In this document: in pieces, positions 46,134 through 56,650 of the stretch
Position numbering within the stretch: the first letter of the stretch is position 1
How the letters are laid out: every line of letters begins with the position of its first letter
From: an uncultured Eubacteriales bacterium
GTDB taxonomy: Bacteria > Bacillota > Clostridia > Oscillospirales > Acutalibacteraceae
Length of the DNA: 64,000 bases
Assembly: GCA_934561055.1 (NCBI GenBank)
Contig: CAKTFN010000007.1
Location: 25,241-89,240, forward strand
Direction of reading: 5' to 3'
Position numbers and translations under genes: made by a program
Notes under the pieces: generated by a model
Seen by the model: only the letters and a program-made list of their open reading frames with translations
What the model was told of the DNA's origin: nothing
Databases searched by the model: none

Positions 46134-46724
46134 TTATTTAAGATAATCTGGCAGCACTTCGGCAAGCTTTCTCAGTGCGTTGCCCCTGTGACTGATTTTG
46201 TCTTTTTCTTCGGCCGAAAGTTCCGCAAAGCTTTTTTCGCCGACCATGAACACCGGGTCATAGCCGAAGCCGCCCTCCCCGTGCTTTTCAAAGCCGATTT
46301 TTCCTTCGCACTTTCCGTCAACGGTGAACCTTCGTCCGTCCGGGAAGCAGACGCAAACGGTACAAACAAAGCGTGCCGTGCGCTTTTCTTCCGGTACGTT
46401 TTCAAGGTTTTTGAGAAGCTTTTGAATGTTCGCCTCGTCGTTTCCGTGTTCGCCGCTGTAGCGTGCGGAGTATACACCGGGTTCGCCACCGAGGAAGTCG
46501 ACCGAAAGGCCGCTGTCGTCGGCAATGCAGGGCATTTTGCTTTCCCTGCAACCGCTTTCGGCTTTAAGAACGGCGTTTTCAAGGAAGGTTGTTCCGGTTT
46601 CTTCAACGTCGGTGAGGGTGATTTTTGCCATTTCGGCCGTGAGTACCTCAACACCGAGCGGAGAAAGGATACGCTGCATTTCGGCCTGTTTTTTCATATT
46701 ATGGGTTGCGATGATAAATTTCAT
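46134..46724 (-). CDS. rdgB: dITP/XTP pyrophosphatase (RdgB/HAM1 family)
   Basis: MKFIIATHNMKK...TFLENA.LKA...DDSGL.VD.L.G.PGVYSAR...FGYDPVF. Confidence 0.9.
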   Translation of the reverse strand: MKFIIATHNMKKQAEMQRILSPLGVEVLTAEMAKITLTDVEETGTTFLENAVLKAESGCRESKMPCIADDSGLSVDFLGGEPGVYSARYSGEHGNDEANIQKLLKNLENVPEEKRTARFVCTVCVCFPDGRRFTVDGKCEGKIGFEKHGEGGFGYDPVFMVGEKSFAELSAEEKDKISHRGNALRKLAEVLPDYLK

Positions 46725-47662
46725 TATTCGTCCTCGTCCTTATGCGTTTCGGCTGTATTTTCAAAAAGGGCTTTTGCAAAAACCTTTTCGTTGAACGGCT
46801 GAAGGTCGTCGATCTTCTCTCCGACGCCGATATACTTGATCGGAAGCTTCAGCTCGTTTTTGATTCCGAGAACAACACCGCCCCTTGCCGTTCCGTCAAG
46901 CTTTGTCAGAACGATTCCGGTAAGCTCCGCAACCTGCATGAACTCCTTTGCCTGGCTGATTGCGTTCTGTCCGGTTGTTGCGTCGAGAACAAGGAAAATT
47001 TCACGGTCGGCATAGGGAAGCTCTTTTTCAACAACACGATAAATTTTTGCAAGCTCGTCCATAAGGTTCTTCTTGTTGTGAAGTCTGCCCGCCGTGTCGA
47101 TGATGATGATGTCGCTGTCTCTTGCAATGCCGGCCTGAATCGTGTCGTAAACAACCGCAGCCGGGTCGGAGCCTTCGGCGTGCTTTATCATTTCAACGCC
47201 GGCACGGTCCGCCCAAATTTGAAGCTGTTCGATTGCGGCGGCTCTGAAGGTATCTGCGGCGCCGAGAATGACTTTTTTGCCCTCGGCCTTATACATTGCC
47301 GCCATTTTTCCGATTGTCGTTGTTTTTCCGACGCCGTTGACGCCGATTACAAGGATGATTGACGGGATTGTGATAAGTCCCCAATCCTCGCCCTTGTCAA
47401 GCATTCCGGCGATGATGTCGGCAATGACGATTTTTGCGTGCTTCGGGTTTCTGACTTCGTTCCTTTTAACTCTTTCACGAAGCTCGTCAACGATTTTTAC
47501 CGCCGTTGTTACTCCGACGTCAGCCATGATGAGAGCCTCTTCAAGGTCGTCGTAAAGGTCGTCGGTAATTTCTTCGTATGCGCCGAGAACGTCCTCAAGC
47601 TTTTTGTCGAGTCCTTCTCTTGTTTTTTTAAGGCCGAAGCCGAATTTTTTGAAAATGCCCAT
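46724..47662 (-). CDS. ftsY: signal recognition particle-docking protein FtsY
   Basis: NG domain motifs GVNGVGKTTTIGK, DTAGR and TKLDG. Its stop overlaps the rdgB start (TAATG). Confidence 0.95.
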   Translation of the reverse strand: MGIFKKFGFGLKKTREGLDKKLEDVLGAYEEITDDLYDDLEEALIMADVGVTTAVKIVDELRERVKRNEVRNPKHAKIVIADIIAGMLDKGEDWGLITIPSIILVIGVNGVGKTTTIGKMAAMYKAEGKKVILGAADTFRAAAIEQLQIWADRAGVEMIKHAEGSDPAAVVYDTIQAGIARDSDIIIIDTAGRLHNKKNLMDELAKIYRVVEKELPYADREIFLVLDATTGQNAISQAKEFMQVAELTGIVLTKLDGTARGGVVLGIKNELKLPIKYIGVGEKIDDLQPFNEKVFAKALFENTAETHKDEDE

Positions 47663-47768
47663 AACTGCCTCCTGTGTTTTATGTCAATTGAGTGGCCGCA
47701 CGTCAATCGAAAACGAAAATATCGTCAGGCGGTTTTCACCTGTTTTTCTGCTTTTCGGTTGTGCGGTT

Positions 47769-50700
47769 TTAGGTTACTCCGAGTTTTCCCGCAAGCTCGG
47801 CGGTTTTAAGCTCAAGAAGCTTTGAAACGCCTTGCTCCTGCATTGTGATTCCGTAAAGGACGTCCGCTTCCTCCATTGTTCCTCTTCGGTGAGTGATGAG
47901 GATAAACTGAGTGTTCTTCGTCATTCTTCTGACGTACTGTGCGTAACGTGTTACGTTTGCGTCGTCAAGAGCGGCCTCAACCTCGTCGAAAATGCAAAAC
48001 GGAGCGGGATTGACCTTGAGAATCGCAAAAAGAAGGGCGATTGCCGAAAGTCCTTTTTCTCCGCCCGAAAGGGCGTCAAGCCGCTTGACGTTTTTTCCGG
48101 GCGGCTGAAGTCTTATGTCGATTTCGCTTTCAAGAACATCGGTCGGGTCAACAAGAACGATTTCCGCCTTTCCGCCGGCGAAAAGCTCTTTGAAGGTTTC
48201 GCCGAAATATTGATTGATGAGCGCAAACTTTTCACGGAATCGGTTTGCCATTTTTCCCGTGAGGTCGGTGATGAGCCTTGAAAGCTCCTTCTTTGAGTTT
48301 TCAACGTCCGAAAGCTGAGACGACATGAATTCATAGCGTTCGCTGACCTCTTTGTATTCGTCAATGGCCGAAACGTTGACCGAGCCGAGCGCCCGGATTC
48401 GGTTTTTGATTTCTCCGAGCCTGCGTTTTGAGCCGACGGGGTCGTCGGTTTTTTCGCTTTCGCTCATCGCCTCTCTCAAGGTGAGACTGTATTCGTCATA
48501 AAGCTTTGAAATTGTTTCGTCAAGCTCAAGAAGCATTGTTTCCTTTCTTTCCTCAAGCCTTGCCTTTTCGCCGCCGACGGTTTCACGCTCTGCGCTTTTT
48601 TCACGTTCAAGGGTACGAAGTTTTCCGGAAGCTTCTTCCTTTTCGGTTCGTTCCTTTTGAAGAAGAACGATTTTCTCCCTGTTTTCGCCGCCGCTTTTGC
48701 GAAGGGCGGCAGCCTTTTCTTTCAGTTCTTCAATAAGCGAAAGAAGTTCTCCGTTTTTCTTTTTGATTTCCTCAATCTCTTCGTCAAGCTGCCTGTCCTT
48801 GTTTTCGTGGCTCAAAAGGCGGGCAACAAGAAGATTCATCGCCTGAGTTCTTGCGGCAAGATCCTTGTCGGCGTCATGAAGGTCAAGGCTGAGCTTTGAA
48901 ATTTCGGACGTGATTTTTTCGCGCGCCGAGGAAAGTTCGCTTTTCTTTTCGCCGAGGGAGGAAAGCTTTTCCTCGTTTTCTTCGATTGATTTTGAGAGAA
49001 GCGCCGCTTCGTCGTGCGCTTTTTTATACGCTTCTTCAAACGAAGAAAGGCGTTCGCTGCAGTTTTCCTTTTCGTTTTGAAGTTGTGAAAATGCGTTTTT
49101 TGAGGTGAGATACTGCTCGTCCGAAAGCTTTTTTTCGCCCTCAAGACGGATTTTCTCTTCCTGGCTTGAAAGGAGCTTTTCCTTCGCTTCAAGAAGCTCT
49201 TCTTCGGCCTTTGAAATACTTTCGCAAAGTCCGTCATAGCTTTTTTGAGTTTCGTCGGTTTTCTTTTTCAGCTCCCCGTGCTTTTTTGAAAGGCGTTCAA
49301 TCTCGCTCGCACGGGAGAGGATTCCGGCGTTTTTGCTCTGCGAGCCGCCCGTCATCGAGCCGCCGGCATTGATGATTTGTCCGTCAAGGGTGACAATTTT
49401 GAAGTGATAGGAATATTTTTTCGCAAGTGCTATCGCACAGTCGATATCCTCGCAAACGGCGATTCTTCCGAGAAGCGAACGGATAATTTCGCCGAACTTT
49501 TCATCGTATGAAACAAGCTCGTCAGCCATGCCGACAAAGCCTTCGACTTTTTCAAGACCTTTTTCGTCAAAGTTTTTTGCCCTGACGGAGGATACGGGCT
49601 GAAAAGTTGCACGTCCCGCACCGTTGCGTTTGAGGTAATTAATTGCGTTTTTTGCGTCGTTTTCGGTTTCGCAAACTATGTTTTGAACGGCGTTTCCGAG
49701 TGCGGTTTCGATTGCAACGGTATATTCGGATTCAGCCGAAATGATTTTTGAAACCGTTCCGACGATTCCCGAAAGAGCGCCCTTTTCGCCCTCTTTAACA
49801 ACCGCCTTGACCGAGCCCGAATAACCGTCCATGTTCTTTTCAAGGTCTTCGAGCATCTTCTTTTTTGAAAGCAGGTGCTGAAGCTCAAAAAGACCGTTGT
49901 CAAGCTCCCTCTTGAGCTTGTCCGCCTTTTGATTTCTCGTTTCAAGCCGGAGCGCAATTCCGTCGGCGGCATTTGAAAGAGAGGTAATTTCCTCAAGGCA
50001 TTTTTTGAGAGCGAGAGCCTTTTCTTCTTTTTCTTTTTCAAAAAGTTTGAGGCTTTCCTCACGCTGTTTTATGAGTGTTTCAACCGACTGCATTCTCGCC
50101 TTGATTTCATCCATCGAGGAACGAGCCGTCGATTCGCTCACTCTGCAATCGGCAAGCTTTGAGGTGAAGGCTGAAATTTCGGCGGTAAGTTTTGCCGTCA
50201 GTTCGTCGAGCGATGCGCCCTCATGACTCTTTTCTTCAAGCTCCTTTTTCACCTTTTCAAGCTCGGTGCGTTTTTCTTTTGCAATCTGCTTGATTTGTGC
50301 AATGAGGTTTTCTTCGGTGTCAATTTCCTTTTGAAGCTGCTCACGGTTCTGCTTTGAGTAGTCCTTGTCGCCGAGGATTCGTTCAATCGTGCTTTTATTG
50401 TGCTCAATCGAGTTTTGAAAAACGGCGCATTGGCTGTCATATGTCGAAGCGGTCTCCTCCGCCTCGGAGATGCTTTGGCGGATTTCTTCGATTTTTACGG
50501 TGATATTCTGCGATTGTGCATAGGAGCCTTCGATTTTTTTGTCGATTTCGGAAAGTTCATTTTGAACACGGTCATAGTGTGCTGTCGCAATTGCGATGCT
50601 GTCCTCCTGCTTTCTGATATCGGCTTTGAGTTTGTCGATATTATAAAGCCAAAGGCCGATTTCAAGCCCCTTCCTCTCCTCTGAGAGAACAAGGAACTTC

Positions 50701-51341
50701 TGCGCCTTTTCGCTTTGGGTTTTGAGCGGCCCTATGCGGCTTTCAAGTTCGGCAAGGATATCACGAAGTCTTACAAGATTATCCTCCGCTTGAGAAAGTT
50801 TTCTTATCGAATCGTTCCTGCGGTAACGATAAGCGGAAATTCCGCACGCTTCTTCAAGCATCTCACGGCACTCTTTTCCTTTTCCGGAAATCATTTCGGC
50901 AATCTTGCCCTGACTTACCATTGAGTAGCCGTCCCGGCCGAGACCCGTATCCATGAAAAGCTCGTTGATGTCACGAAGTCTTACGCTGTTTCCGTTGATT
51001 TTATATTCGCTTTCACCCGAGCGGTAAAAGCGGCGTGTTACGGCAATTTCGTCGTCGTCAACGGACGGAATGCTTCTGTCGGAATTGTCAAGCTTCAGCG
51101 TTACGCTTGCAAAGCCGTGAGCTTTTCTGACCTTTGTTCCGTCGAAAATGACGTCTTCCATTTTTGAGCCGCGCAGCGACTTACTGCTTTGTTCGCCGAG
51201 TACCCAGCGGACAGCGTCGGAAATGTTGCTTTTTCCGCTTCCGTTCGGGCCGACAACGGCGGTGATGCCTTTTCCGAAATTCAGCGTTGTTTTTTCAGGG
51301 AAGGACTTGAAGCCCTGCATTTCAATTGCTTTTAAAATCAT
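47769..51341 (-). CDS. smc: chromosome segregation protein SMC
   Basis: Walker A GPNGSGKSN, long coiled coils, a hinge, the signature LSGGEK and Walker B FCIFDEVEAALD. 1190 aa. Confidence 0.97.
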   Translation of the reverse strand: MILKAIEMQGFKSFPEKTTLNFGKGITAVVGPNGSGKSNISDAVRWVLGEQSSKSLRGSKMEDVIFDGTKVRKAHGFASVTLKLDNSDRSIPSVDDDEIAVTRRFYRSGESEYKINGNSVRLRDINELFMDTGLGRDGYSMVSQGKIAEMISGKGKECREMLEEACGISAYRYRRNDSIRKLSQAEDNLVRLRDILAELESRIGPLKTQSEKAQKFLVLSEERKGLEIGLWLYNIDKLKADIRKQEDSIAIATAHYDRVQNELSEIDKKIEGSYAQSQNITVKIEEIRQSISEAEETASTYDSQCAVFQNSIEHNKSTIERILGDKDYSKQNREQLQKEIDTEENLIAQIKQIAKEKRTELEKVKKELEEKSHEGASLDELTAKLTAEISAFTSKLADCRVSESTARSSMDEIKARMQSVETLIKQREESLKLFEKEKEEKALALKKCLEEITSLSNAADGIALRLETRNQKADKLKRELDNGLFELQHLLSKKKMLEDLEKNMDGYSGSVKAVVKEGEKGALSGIVGTVSKIISAESEYTVAIETALGNAVQNIVCETENDAKNAINYLKRNGAGRATFQPVSSVRAKNFDEKGLEKVEGFVGMADELVSYDEKFGEIIRSLLGRIAVCEDIDCAIALAKKYSYHFKIVTLDGQIINAGGSMTGGSQSKNAGILSRASEIERLSKKHGELKKKTDETQKSYDGLCESISKAEEELLEAKEKLLSSQEEKIRLEGEKKLSDEQYLTSKNAFSQLQNEKENCSERLSSFEEAYKKAHDEAALLSKSIEENEEKLSSLGEKKSELSSAREKITSEISKLSLDLHDADKDLAARTQAMNLLVARLLSHENKDRQLDEEIEEIKKKNGELLSLIEELKEKAAALRKSGGENREKIVLLQKERTEKEEASGKLRTLEREKSAERETVGGEKARLEERKETMLLELDETISKLYDEYSLTLREAMSESEKTDDPVGSKRRLGEIKNRIRALGSVNVSAIDEYKEVSERYEFMSSQLSDVENSKKELSRLITDLTGKMANRFREKFALINQYFGETFKELFAGGKAEIVLVDPTDVLESEIDIRLQPPGKNVKRLDALSGGEKGLSAIALLFAILKVNPAPFCIFDEVEAALDDANVTRYAQYVRRMTKNTQFILITHRRGTMEEADVLYGITMQEQGVSKLLELKTAELAGKLGVT

Positions 51342-51345
51342 TCTG

Positions 51346-52359
51346 TTATTCCTTCTCTGCTTCCGGCGAAAGCCGGATTTCGTATTGAGCGATTGTTTCG
51401 CCCGCTTTGATTTCTAAATTATAGCCTTTGTTATTAAAATAAGTTATGTTTTCTTTTTTATGTCCCTTTGCCTGCGAAAGATATTTCTTTGAAACAAAGA
51501 GCGTCACACTGCCCTTTTGAATTTTTTTGTCATTGAGAAACTTTTCGATGTTTTCACGGTAAAGCCTGCTTTCGCATTTTTCGCAAAATGCCGGGTGGTA
51601 CGCACCGGCAACAAAGCCCTCTTCAACGTTTCCGCCGGAATGAAGTCCGAGGCGGATTACTTTTACACCGTTTTCGGTAAAAAGTTTCAAAAGTTTTGAG
51701 CAAAGAGAAACGGCTTCTTCAAGCGTCTGCGCTTTATATTCTCCGCTTTCATAAAGCCTTTCAAGCTCCGTGTTTTTTAAAACAACCGTGGGATAAATCC
51801 GAACGGTGTCGGGCGAAAGAGAGATAAGTTTTTTTGCGGTTTCGATTGCCTTTTCGTCCGTGTCGCCGTAAAGACCCGTCATCATCTGAACGCCGAGTTC
51901 AAAGCCGAAGCTTTTGATAAGGCGGCAGGCATTTTCGCTGTCCTTTGCGGTGTGTCCTCGTCCGTTGAGCGCAAGGACGGTATCGTCCATGCTCTGACAG
52001 CCGAGTTCAACCGAAGTTACGCCGTATTCTTTAAGAAGCAAAAGCACCCCTTCGTCAATGCAATCGGGTCGGGTTGAAATTCTGATACCTTTAAAAAAGC
52101 CGCGGTCAAGATAGCTTTTTGCGGTTTTCAAAAGAGAGAGCATATACCCCTTTTCGATTGCGGTAAAACTTCCGCCGAAAAAGGCGATTTCCGCTTGAGA
52201 AAGATCCTTTTCGCCGCCGAGTGCGGTTTCGCAGGCGCTTATGACGTCAATCGGCTCAAGCCTTTTTTGAAAGCCGGAAATTGTTTTTTGGTTGCAAAAG
52301 CTGCAGCGGTGCGGGCAGCCCTCATCGGGAACAAAAAGCGCAACATTTGTATGCTTCAT
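51346..52359 (-). CDS. radical SAM protein (Elp3/HemN-like core)
   Basis: CxxxCxxC cluster motif GCPHRCSFCNQ near the N-terminus. Conserved position between rnc and smc. Confidence 0.8.
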   Translation of the reverse strand: MKHTNVALFVPDEGCPHRCSFCNQKTISGFQKRLEPIDVISACETALGGEKDLSQAEIAFFGGSFTAIEKGYMLSLLKTAKSYLDRGFFKGIRISTRPDCIDEGVLLLLKEYGVTSVELGCQSMDDTVLALNGRGHTAKDSENACRLIKSFGFELGVQMMTGLYGDTDEKAIETAKKLISLSPDTVRIYPTVVLKNTELERLYESGEYKAQTLEEAVSLCSKLLKLFTENGVKVIRLGLHSGGNVEEGFVAGAYHPAFCEKCESRLYRENIEKFLNDKKIQKGSVTLFVSKKYLSQAKGHKKENITYFNNKGYNLEIKAGETIAQYEIRLSPEAEKE

Positions 52360-53033
52360 TCCTTGATTCCCATAAGTTCAAGCGCCTTTTTTGCCGCAGC
52401 CTGCTCGGCGCCCTTTTTTGAACCGCCGATTCCGCTTCCGATAACGTTGCTGTTGAGGTGTACTTCAACCTCAAAGCTTTTGTCGTGGTCGGGTCCGCTT
52501 TCTCCGACAAGGATATATGTAAGATGTTCGTCGGGATTTTTCTGGATAATCTCCTGCAAAGCGGTTTTGTAATCTTTGAATTTCGGCGCTTCGTTAACTG
52601 CTTTTTTGATGAAACGAAGGACAAACTTTCTCGCTTCTTCAAGCCCGCCGTCAAGATAAATTGCGGCAATGACCGCTTCAAACGCATCGGCAAGGATTGA
52701 CGGGCGGCGGCGGCCGCCTGTTCTTTCTTCGCCTTTTCCGAGCAGTATGTATTTGCCAAGATCGATTTCCTTTGCAAAACCGAAAAGCGATTTTTCGCAA
52801 ACGCATGCTGCCCTTCTTTTTGTCATTTCACCTTCGGGAAGGTGGCTCAGATTGTGAAAAAAGTAATCGGCGGAAACAACGCCGAGAACGGAGTCCCCCA
52901 AAAATTCAAGCCTTTCGTTGCAATCGCGCGAAAGCTGTTTTTCGTTTGCGTAAGACGAATGGGTAAACGCAATTTCCAAAAGGCGTTCATTTTTGAATTT
53001 ATAGCCTATGTTTTTTTGAAATTCATCAAACAT
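52356..53033 (-). CDS. rnc: ribonuclease III
   Basis: RNase III signature ERLEFLGDSVL plus a C-terminal dsRBD. Confidence 0.95.
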   Translation of the reverse strand: MFDEFQKNIGYKFKNERLLEIAFTHSSYANEKQLSRDCNERLEFLGDSVLGVVSADYFFHNLSHLPEGEMTKRRAACVCEKSLFGFAKEIDLGKYILLGKGEERTGGRRRPSILADAFEAVIAAIYLDGGLEEARKFVLRFIKKAVNEAPKFKDYKTALQEIIQKNPDEHLTYILVGESGPDHDKSFEVEVHLNSNVIGSGIGGSKKGAEQAAAKKALELMGIKE

Positions 53034-53035
53034 TT

Positions 53036-54346
53036 TTATACCTCCTTTGATCTAATTATGTTTTCAAGCGATTCGATTCCACGCTTCGCAAGTGCAAGAT
53101 AGCGTTCCTTTTTGTCACGGATTTTCGGCTCAATCGGAGGAAGAACGCCGAAATTCGCACCCATCGGCTGAAAGTTTTCAACGCTTTCGTCGCTGATATA
53201 TCCCGAAAGCGCACCTATCATTGTTTCTTCGGGCAAAACAACCGTTTCTTTTCCGCTCAAACGGCGTGCCATATTGATGCCTGCCATAATTCCGGAAGCG
53301 GCGGATTCCATATAGCCCTCAACGCCTGTGATTTGGCCGGCGAAGAAGAGATTTTCTCTCCCCCTGAATGAAAAGTCGCCGGAAAGAAGGCGGGGCGAAT
53401 CGATATAAGTGTTCCTGTGCATGACGCCGTAACGGACGAACTCTGCGTTTTTAAGAGCCGGTATCATCGAAAAAACCCGCTTCTGCTCCGGAAATTTGAG
53501 GTTCGTCTGAAAACCGACGAGATTATAAAGCGTTCCGCCTTTGTTTTCCTTGCGAAGCTGAAGAACAGCCCAAGGCCTGTGGCCGGTTTTCGGGTCACGA
53601 AGGCCGACGGGTTTCATCGGGCCGAAACGGATTGCGTCCTTTCCCCTTGAGGCCAAAACCTCAATAGGCATACAGCCCTCATAGACGTCCTTGCGCTTGT
53701 CGAAAGAATGAAGCTCGGCGCTTTGGGCGTTGACGAGCGCCTCGTGAAAAGTTTCGTATTCCTCTTTGTTCATCGGGCAGTTGATGTAATCGTCCTCTCC
53801 GCCGCGGTCATAGCGTGAAGCGGAAAACGAAAATTCGGGGTCAACGCTTTCGGCTGTAACAATCGGCGCGGCGGCGTCAAAAAAGAAAAGTCCCGTTCCG
53901 CAAAGCGCACTTATGCTTTCGCTCAATTTTTCGCTTGCAAGCGGCCCTGCGGCAATGATTACGTTGCCTTCCGGAATTTCGGTCACTTCTTCGTTAACCA
54001 CGGTGATGAGAGGATGGGCATTGATTTTTTCCGTGACCATAAGAGAAAACCTTTCTCTGTCAACGGCAAGCGCACCGCCTGCCGGAACGGCGCACTCGTC
54101 GGCGCACTGCATACAAAGCGAACCGAGACGGCGCATTTCTTCTTTCAAAAGTCCGGCGGCCGATTCAAGCCTTTTTGCTTTCAGCGAATTTGAGCAAACG
54201 AGTTCGGCGAAAGTTTCCATATGATGAGCCGGACTGAACTTTTTCGGTTTCATCTCAAAAAGTTCAACTTCGATTCCTCTTTCGGCAAGGCTCCAGGCCG
54301 CTTCAACGCCGGCAAGCCCCGCTCCGATAACTTTTACCTTACTCAT
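53036..54346 (-). CDS. trmFO: methylenetetrahydrofolate--tRNA-(uracil-5-)-methyltransferase
   Basis: FAD motif VIGAGLAGVEAAW. TrmFO/Gid family length and pattern (FFAGQITGVEGYMES). Confidence 0.95.
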   Translation of the reverse strand: MSKVKVIGAGLAGVEAAWSLAERGIEVELFEMKPKKFSPAHHMETFAELVCSNSLKAKRLESAAGLLKEEMRRLGSLCMQCADECAVPAGGALAVDRERFSLMVTEKINAHPLITVVNEEVTEIPEGNVIIAAGPLASEKLSESISALCGTGLFFFDAAAPIVTAESVDPEFSFSASRYDRGGEDDYINCPMNKEEYETFHEALVNAQSAELHSFDKRKDVYEGCMPIEVLASRGKDAIRFGPMKPVGLRDPKTGHRPWAVLQLRKENKGGTLYNLVGFQTNLKFPEQKRVFSMIPALKNAEFVRYGVMHRNTYIDSPRLLSGDFSFRGRENLFFAGQITGVEGYMESAASGIMAGINMARRLSGKETVVLPEETMIGALSGYISDESVENFQPMGANFGVLPPIEPKIRDKKERYLALAKRGIESLENIIRSKEV

Positions 54347-54393
54347 TTGCTGTCTCCTTTTGTTTTGTATAACCGCCCTTATCCGAAAAGCGT

Positions 54394-56475
54394 TTACTTT
54401 GATTTATATCCGCACTTTTCGTCAAGGCAGGAAAGAACTCCGCCCTTCCCTTTGAAGAGCGATTTTCCGCACTTCGGGCATTGCTGCTCGGTCGGTTTGT
54501 CCCACGTCATGAAGTCGCAGTTCGGCCAATTGTCGCAGCCGAAGAAAGTGAATCCCCTCTTTGACTTTTTGGCAATGACCTTTCCGCCGCACTTCGGGCA
54601 GGTTGCGCCCGTTTCAACAACATAGGGCTTTGTGTTTTTGCAATCCGGATAGCCCGGACAGGCAAGGAATTTTCCGAACCTTCCGGTTTTGATGACCATC
54701 ATTCGTCCGCATTTTTCGCACGGAATGTCGGTCTGATCCTCCTGAAGCTGAAGCTTCACGCCCTGCATTTCACCCTTGACTTTTTCAAGGTTTTCTTCAA
54801 AATCGTCATAGAATTCGTGAAGGAGCTTAATGTAATCCTTTTCACCCTCGCCGACCTTGTCGAGTCCGCCTTCCATCTGGGCGGTGAACTTTGTGTTGAC
54901 GATTTTCGGGAACTTGTCTTTGAGGAGTTTTGTGATTGTTTCGCCGAGTTCCGTAGGAATGAGCTGTTTTGATTTTCTTTGGACATACTCACGCTTGACA
55001 ATTGTTGAAATGATTGTCGCATAGGTACTCGGACGGCCGACGCCGTTTTCTTCAAGCGTTTTGATGAGCGTTTCTTCGGTATATCTTGCCGGCGGCTGAG
55101 TGAAGTGCTGATTTTTTGAAATTTCCTTTTCCCTCACGCTTTCGCCTTCGGCGATTCCGTCGGGAAGTTTTCCTTTTTCCTCGTCGTCGCCCGTGTTGTC
55201 ATAAAGAACCGTGAAACCGTCGAATTTTACGGAATATCCGCTTGCGGTGAAAAGGCAGTAACCGCCTTCTTTTTCGTTTTTGCCGACGCCCTTGATTTCA
55301 AGCTTAACGGTGTTCTGAACGCACTGCGACATAAGCGAAGCAACGAAACGGCGCCAAATGAGGTTATAAAGCTTGAATTGGTCGTTTGAAAGACTTTCCT
55401 TCACCGATTCGGGAGTGAGGCTCACCGTTGAGGGACGAATTGCTTCGTGTCCGTCCTGTGCGTTGCTCCTTGACTTAAAGTAACGCGGTTTTTCGGGCAT
55501 ATATTTATCGCCGTAAACCGAGCGAACATATTCATCCGTTGCCGCTCTCGCTTCTTCCGAAATACGAAGCGAGTCGGTTCTCATGTATGTGATAAGACCG
55601 ACCGAACCCTGGCCGGCAATTTCAACGCCCTCATAAAGCTCCTGAGCGATTTTCATCGTTTTTTCCGCTCTGAAGCCGAGACGTCTCGAAGCTTCCTGCT
55701 GAAGGGTTGAGGTGATGAACGGCGGAGCCGGGTTTTTCCTCCTCGTTCCTTTTTTGAGCGAACTGATGTTATACTGTGCGCCCTCAAGACGGGAAAGAAT
55801 CGCATTCGCCTGTTCTTCGTTCTGAAGTTTGAGTTTTCCGGTTTCGTCGCCGTAAAACTGAGCGTTGATAACCTTTCTTCCGGCGAGGAACTTTCCTTCA
55901 ACCGTCCAATACTCTTCCGGAACGAACGCACGGATTTCATCCTCACGGTCAACAATCATTCTCAGCGCAACGCTTTGAACACGTCCGGCGGAAAGTCCGC
56001 GGCGGATTTTCTGAGAAACAAAGGGGCTGAGCTTGTAGCCGACGAGACGGTCGAGGATTCTTCTTGCCTGCTGAGCGTTGACAAGGTCAAGGTCAACCTT
56101 TCTCGGCGCGGCCATTCCGTTTTTGACGCCGGTTTTTGTGATTTCGTTGAAGGTCACACGGTTGTCTTCGTTGAGGTCAAGCCCGAGAAGCGTTGCAAGG
56201 TGCCATGAAATTGCCTCTCCCTCACGGTCGGGGTCGGTTGCAAGATAAACCTTGTCGCTTTCGGCAACGGCTTCTTTAAGCTCTTTGACAAGTTTTTCCT
56301 TTCCTTTTACTACGCTGTATTTAGGGGCAAAATCATGCTTGATATCAACACTCAGTCTGGCCGCCGGGAGATCCCTGACGTGGCCTTTTGAAGCCACGAT
56401 GTTATAACCTTTTCCGAGATAGTTTTTAAGTGTCTTAGCCTTTGAGGGCGACTCGACGATAATCAAATCTGACAT
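54394..56475 (-). CDS. topA: DNA topoisomerase I
   Basis: Toprim start LIIVESPSKAKTL, active-site region GLITYMRTDS, and C-terminal Cys4 zinc ribbons. Confidence 0.97.
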   Translation of the reverse strand: MSDLIIVESPSKAKTLKNYLGKGYNIVASKGHVRDLPAARLSVDIKHDFAPKYSVVKGKEKLVKELKEAVAESDKVYLATDPDREGEAISWHLATLLGLDLNEDNRVTFNEITKTGVKNGMAAPRKVDLDLVNAQQARRILDRLVGYKLSPFVSQKIRRGLSAGRVQSVALRMIVDREDEIRAFVPEEYWTVEGKFLAGRKVINAQFYGDETGKLKLQNEEQANAILSRLEGAQYNISSLKKGTRRKNPAPPFITSTLQQEASRRLGFRAEKTMKIAQELYEGVEIAGQGSVGLITYMRTDSLRISEEARAATDEYVRSVYGDKYMPEKPRYFKSRSNAQDGHEAIRPSTVSLTPESVKESLSNDQFKLYNLIWRRFVASLMSQCVQNTVKLEIKGVGKNEKEGGYCLFTASGYSVKFDGFTVLYDNTGDDEEKGKLPDGIAEGESVREKEISKNQHFTQPPARYTEETLIKTLEENGVGRPSTYATIISTIVKREYVQRKSKQLIPTELGETITKLLKDKFPKIVNTKFTAQMEGGLDKVGEGEKDYIKLLHEFYDDFEENLEKVKGEMQGVKLQLQEDQTDIPCEKCGRMMVIKTGRFGKFLACPGYPDCKNTKPYVVETGATCPKCGGKVIAKKSKRGFTFFGCDNWPNCDFMTWDKPTEQQCPKCGKSLFKGKGGVLSCLDEKCGYKSK

Positions 56476-56650
56476 AGAGTCTCACCTTTCGTTGAATTTT
56501 TGGAAACTGCCTTTTCTGCGGAAAAAGCAGATTTTTCGTCAGAGAACACAAGCCCGTGAAAAATACGGAATTATGTGCTGTGACGGAAAATTTGCTCAAA
56601 ACACGTTTTTTGACAGTCGCTTTAAAAGCTTTTTTGAAAACGAAACGTTT

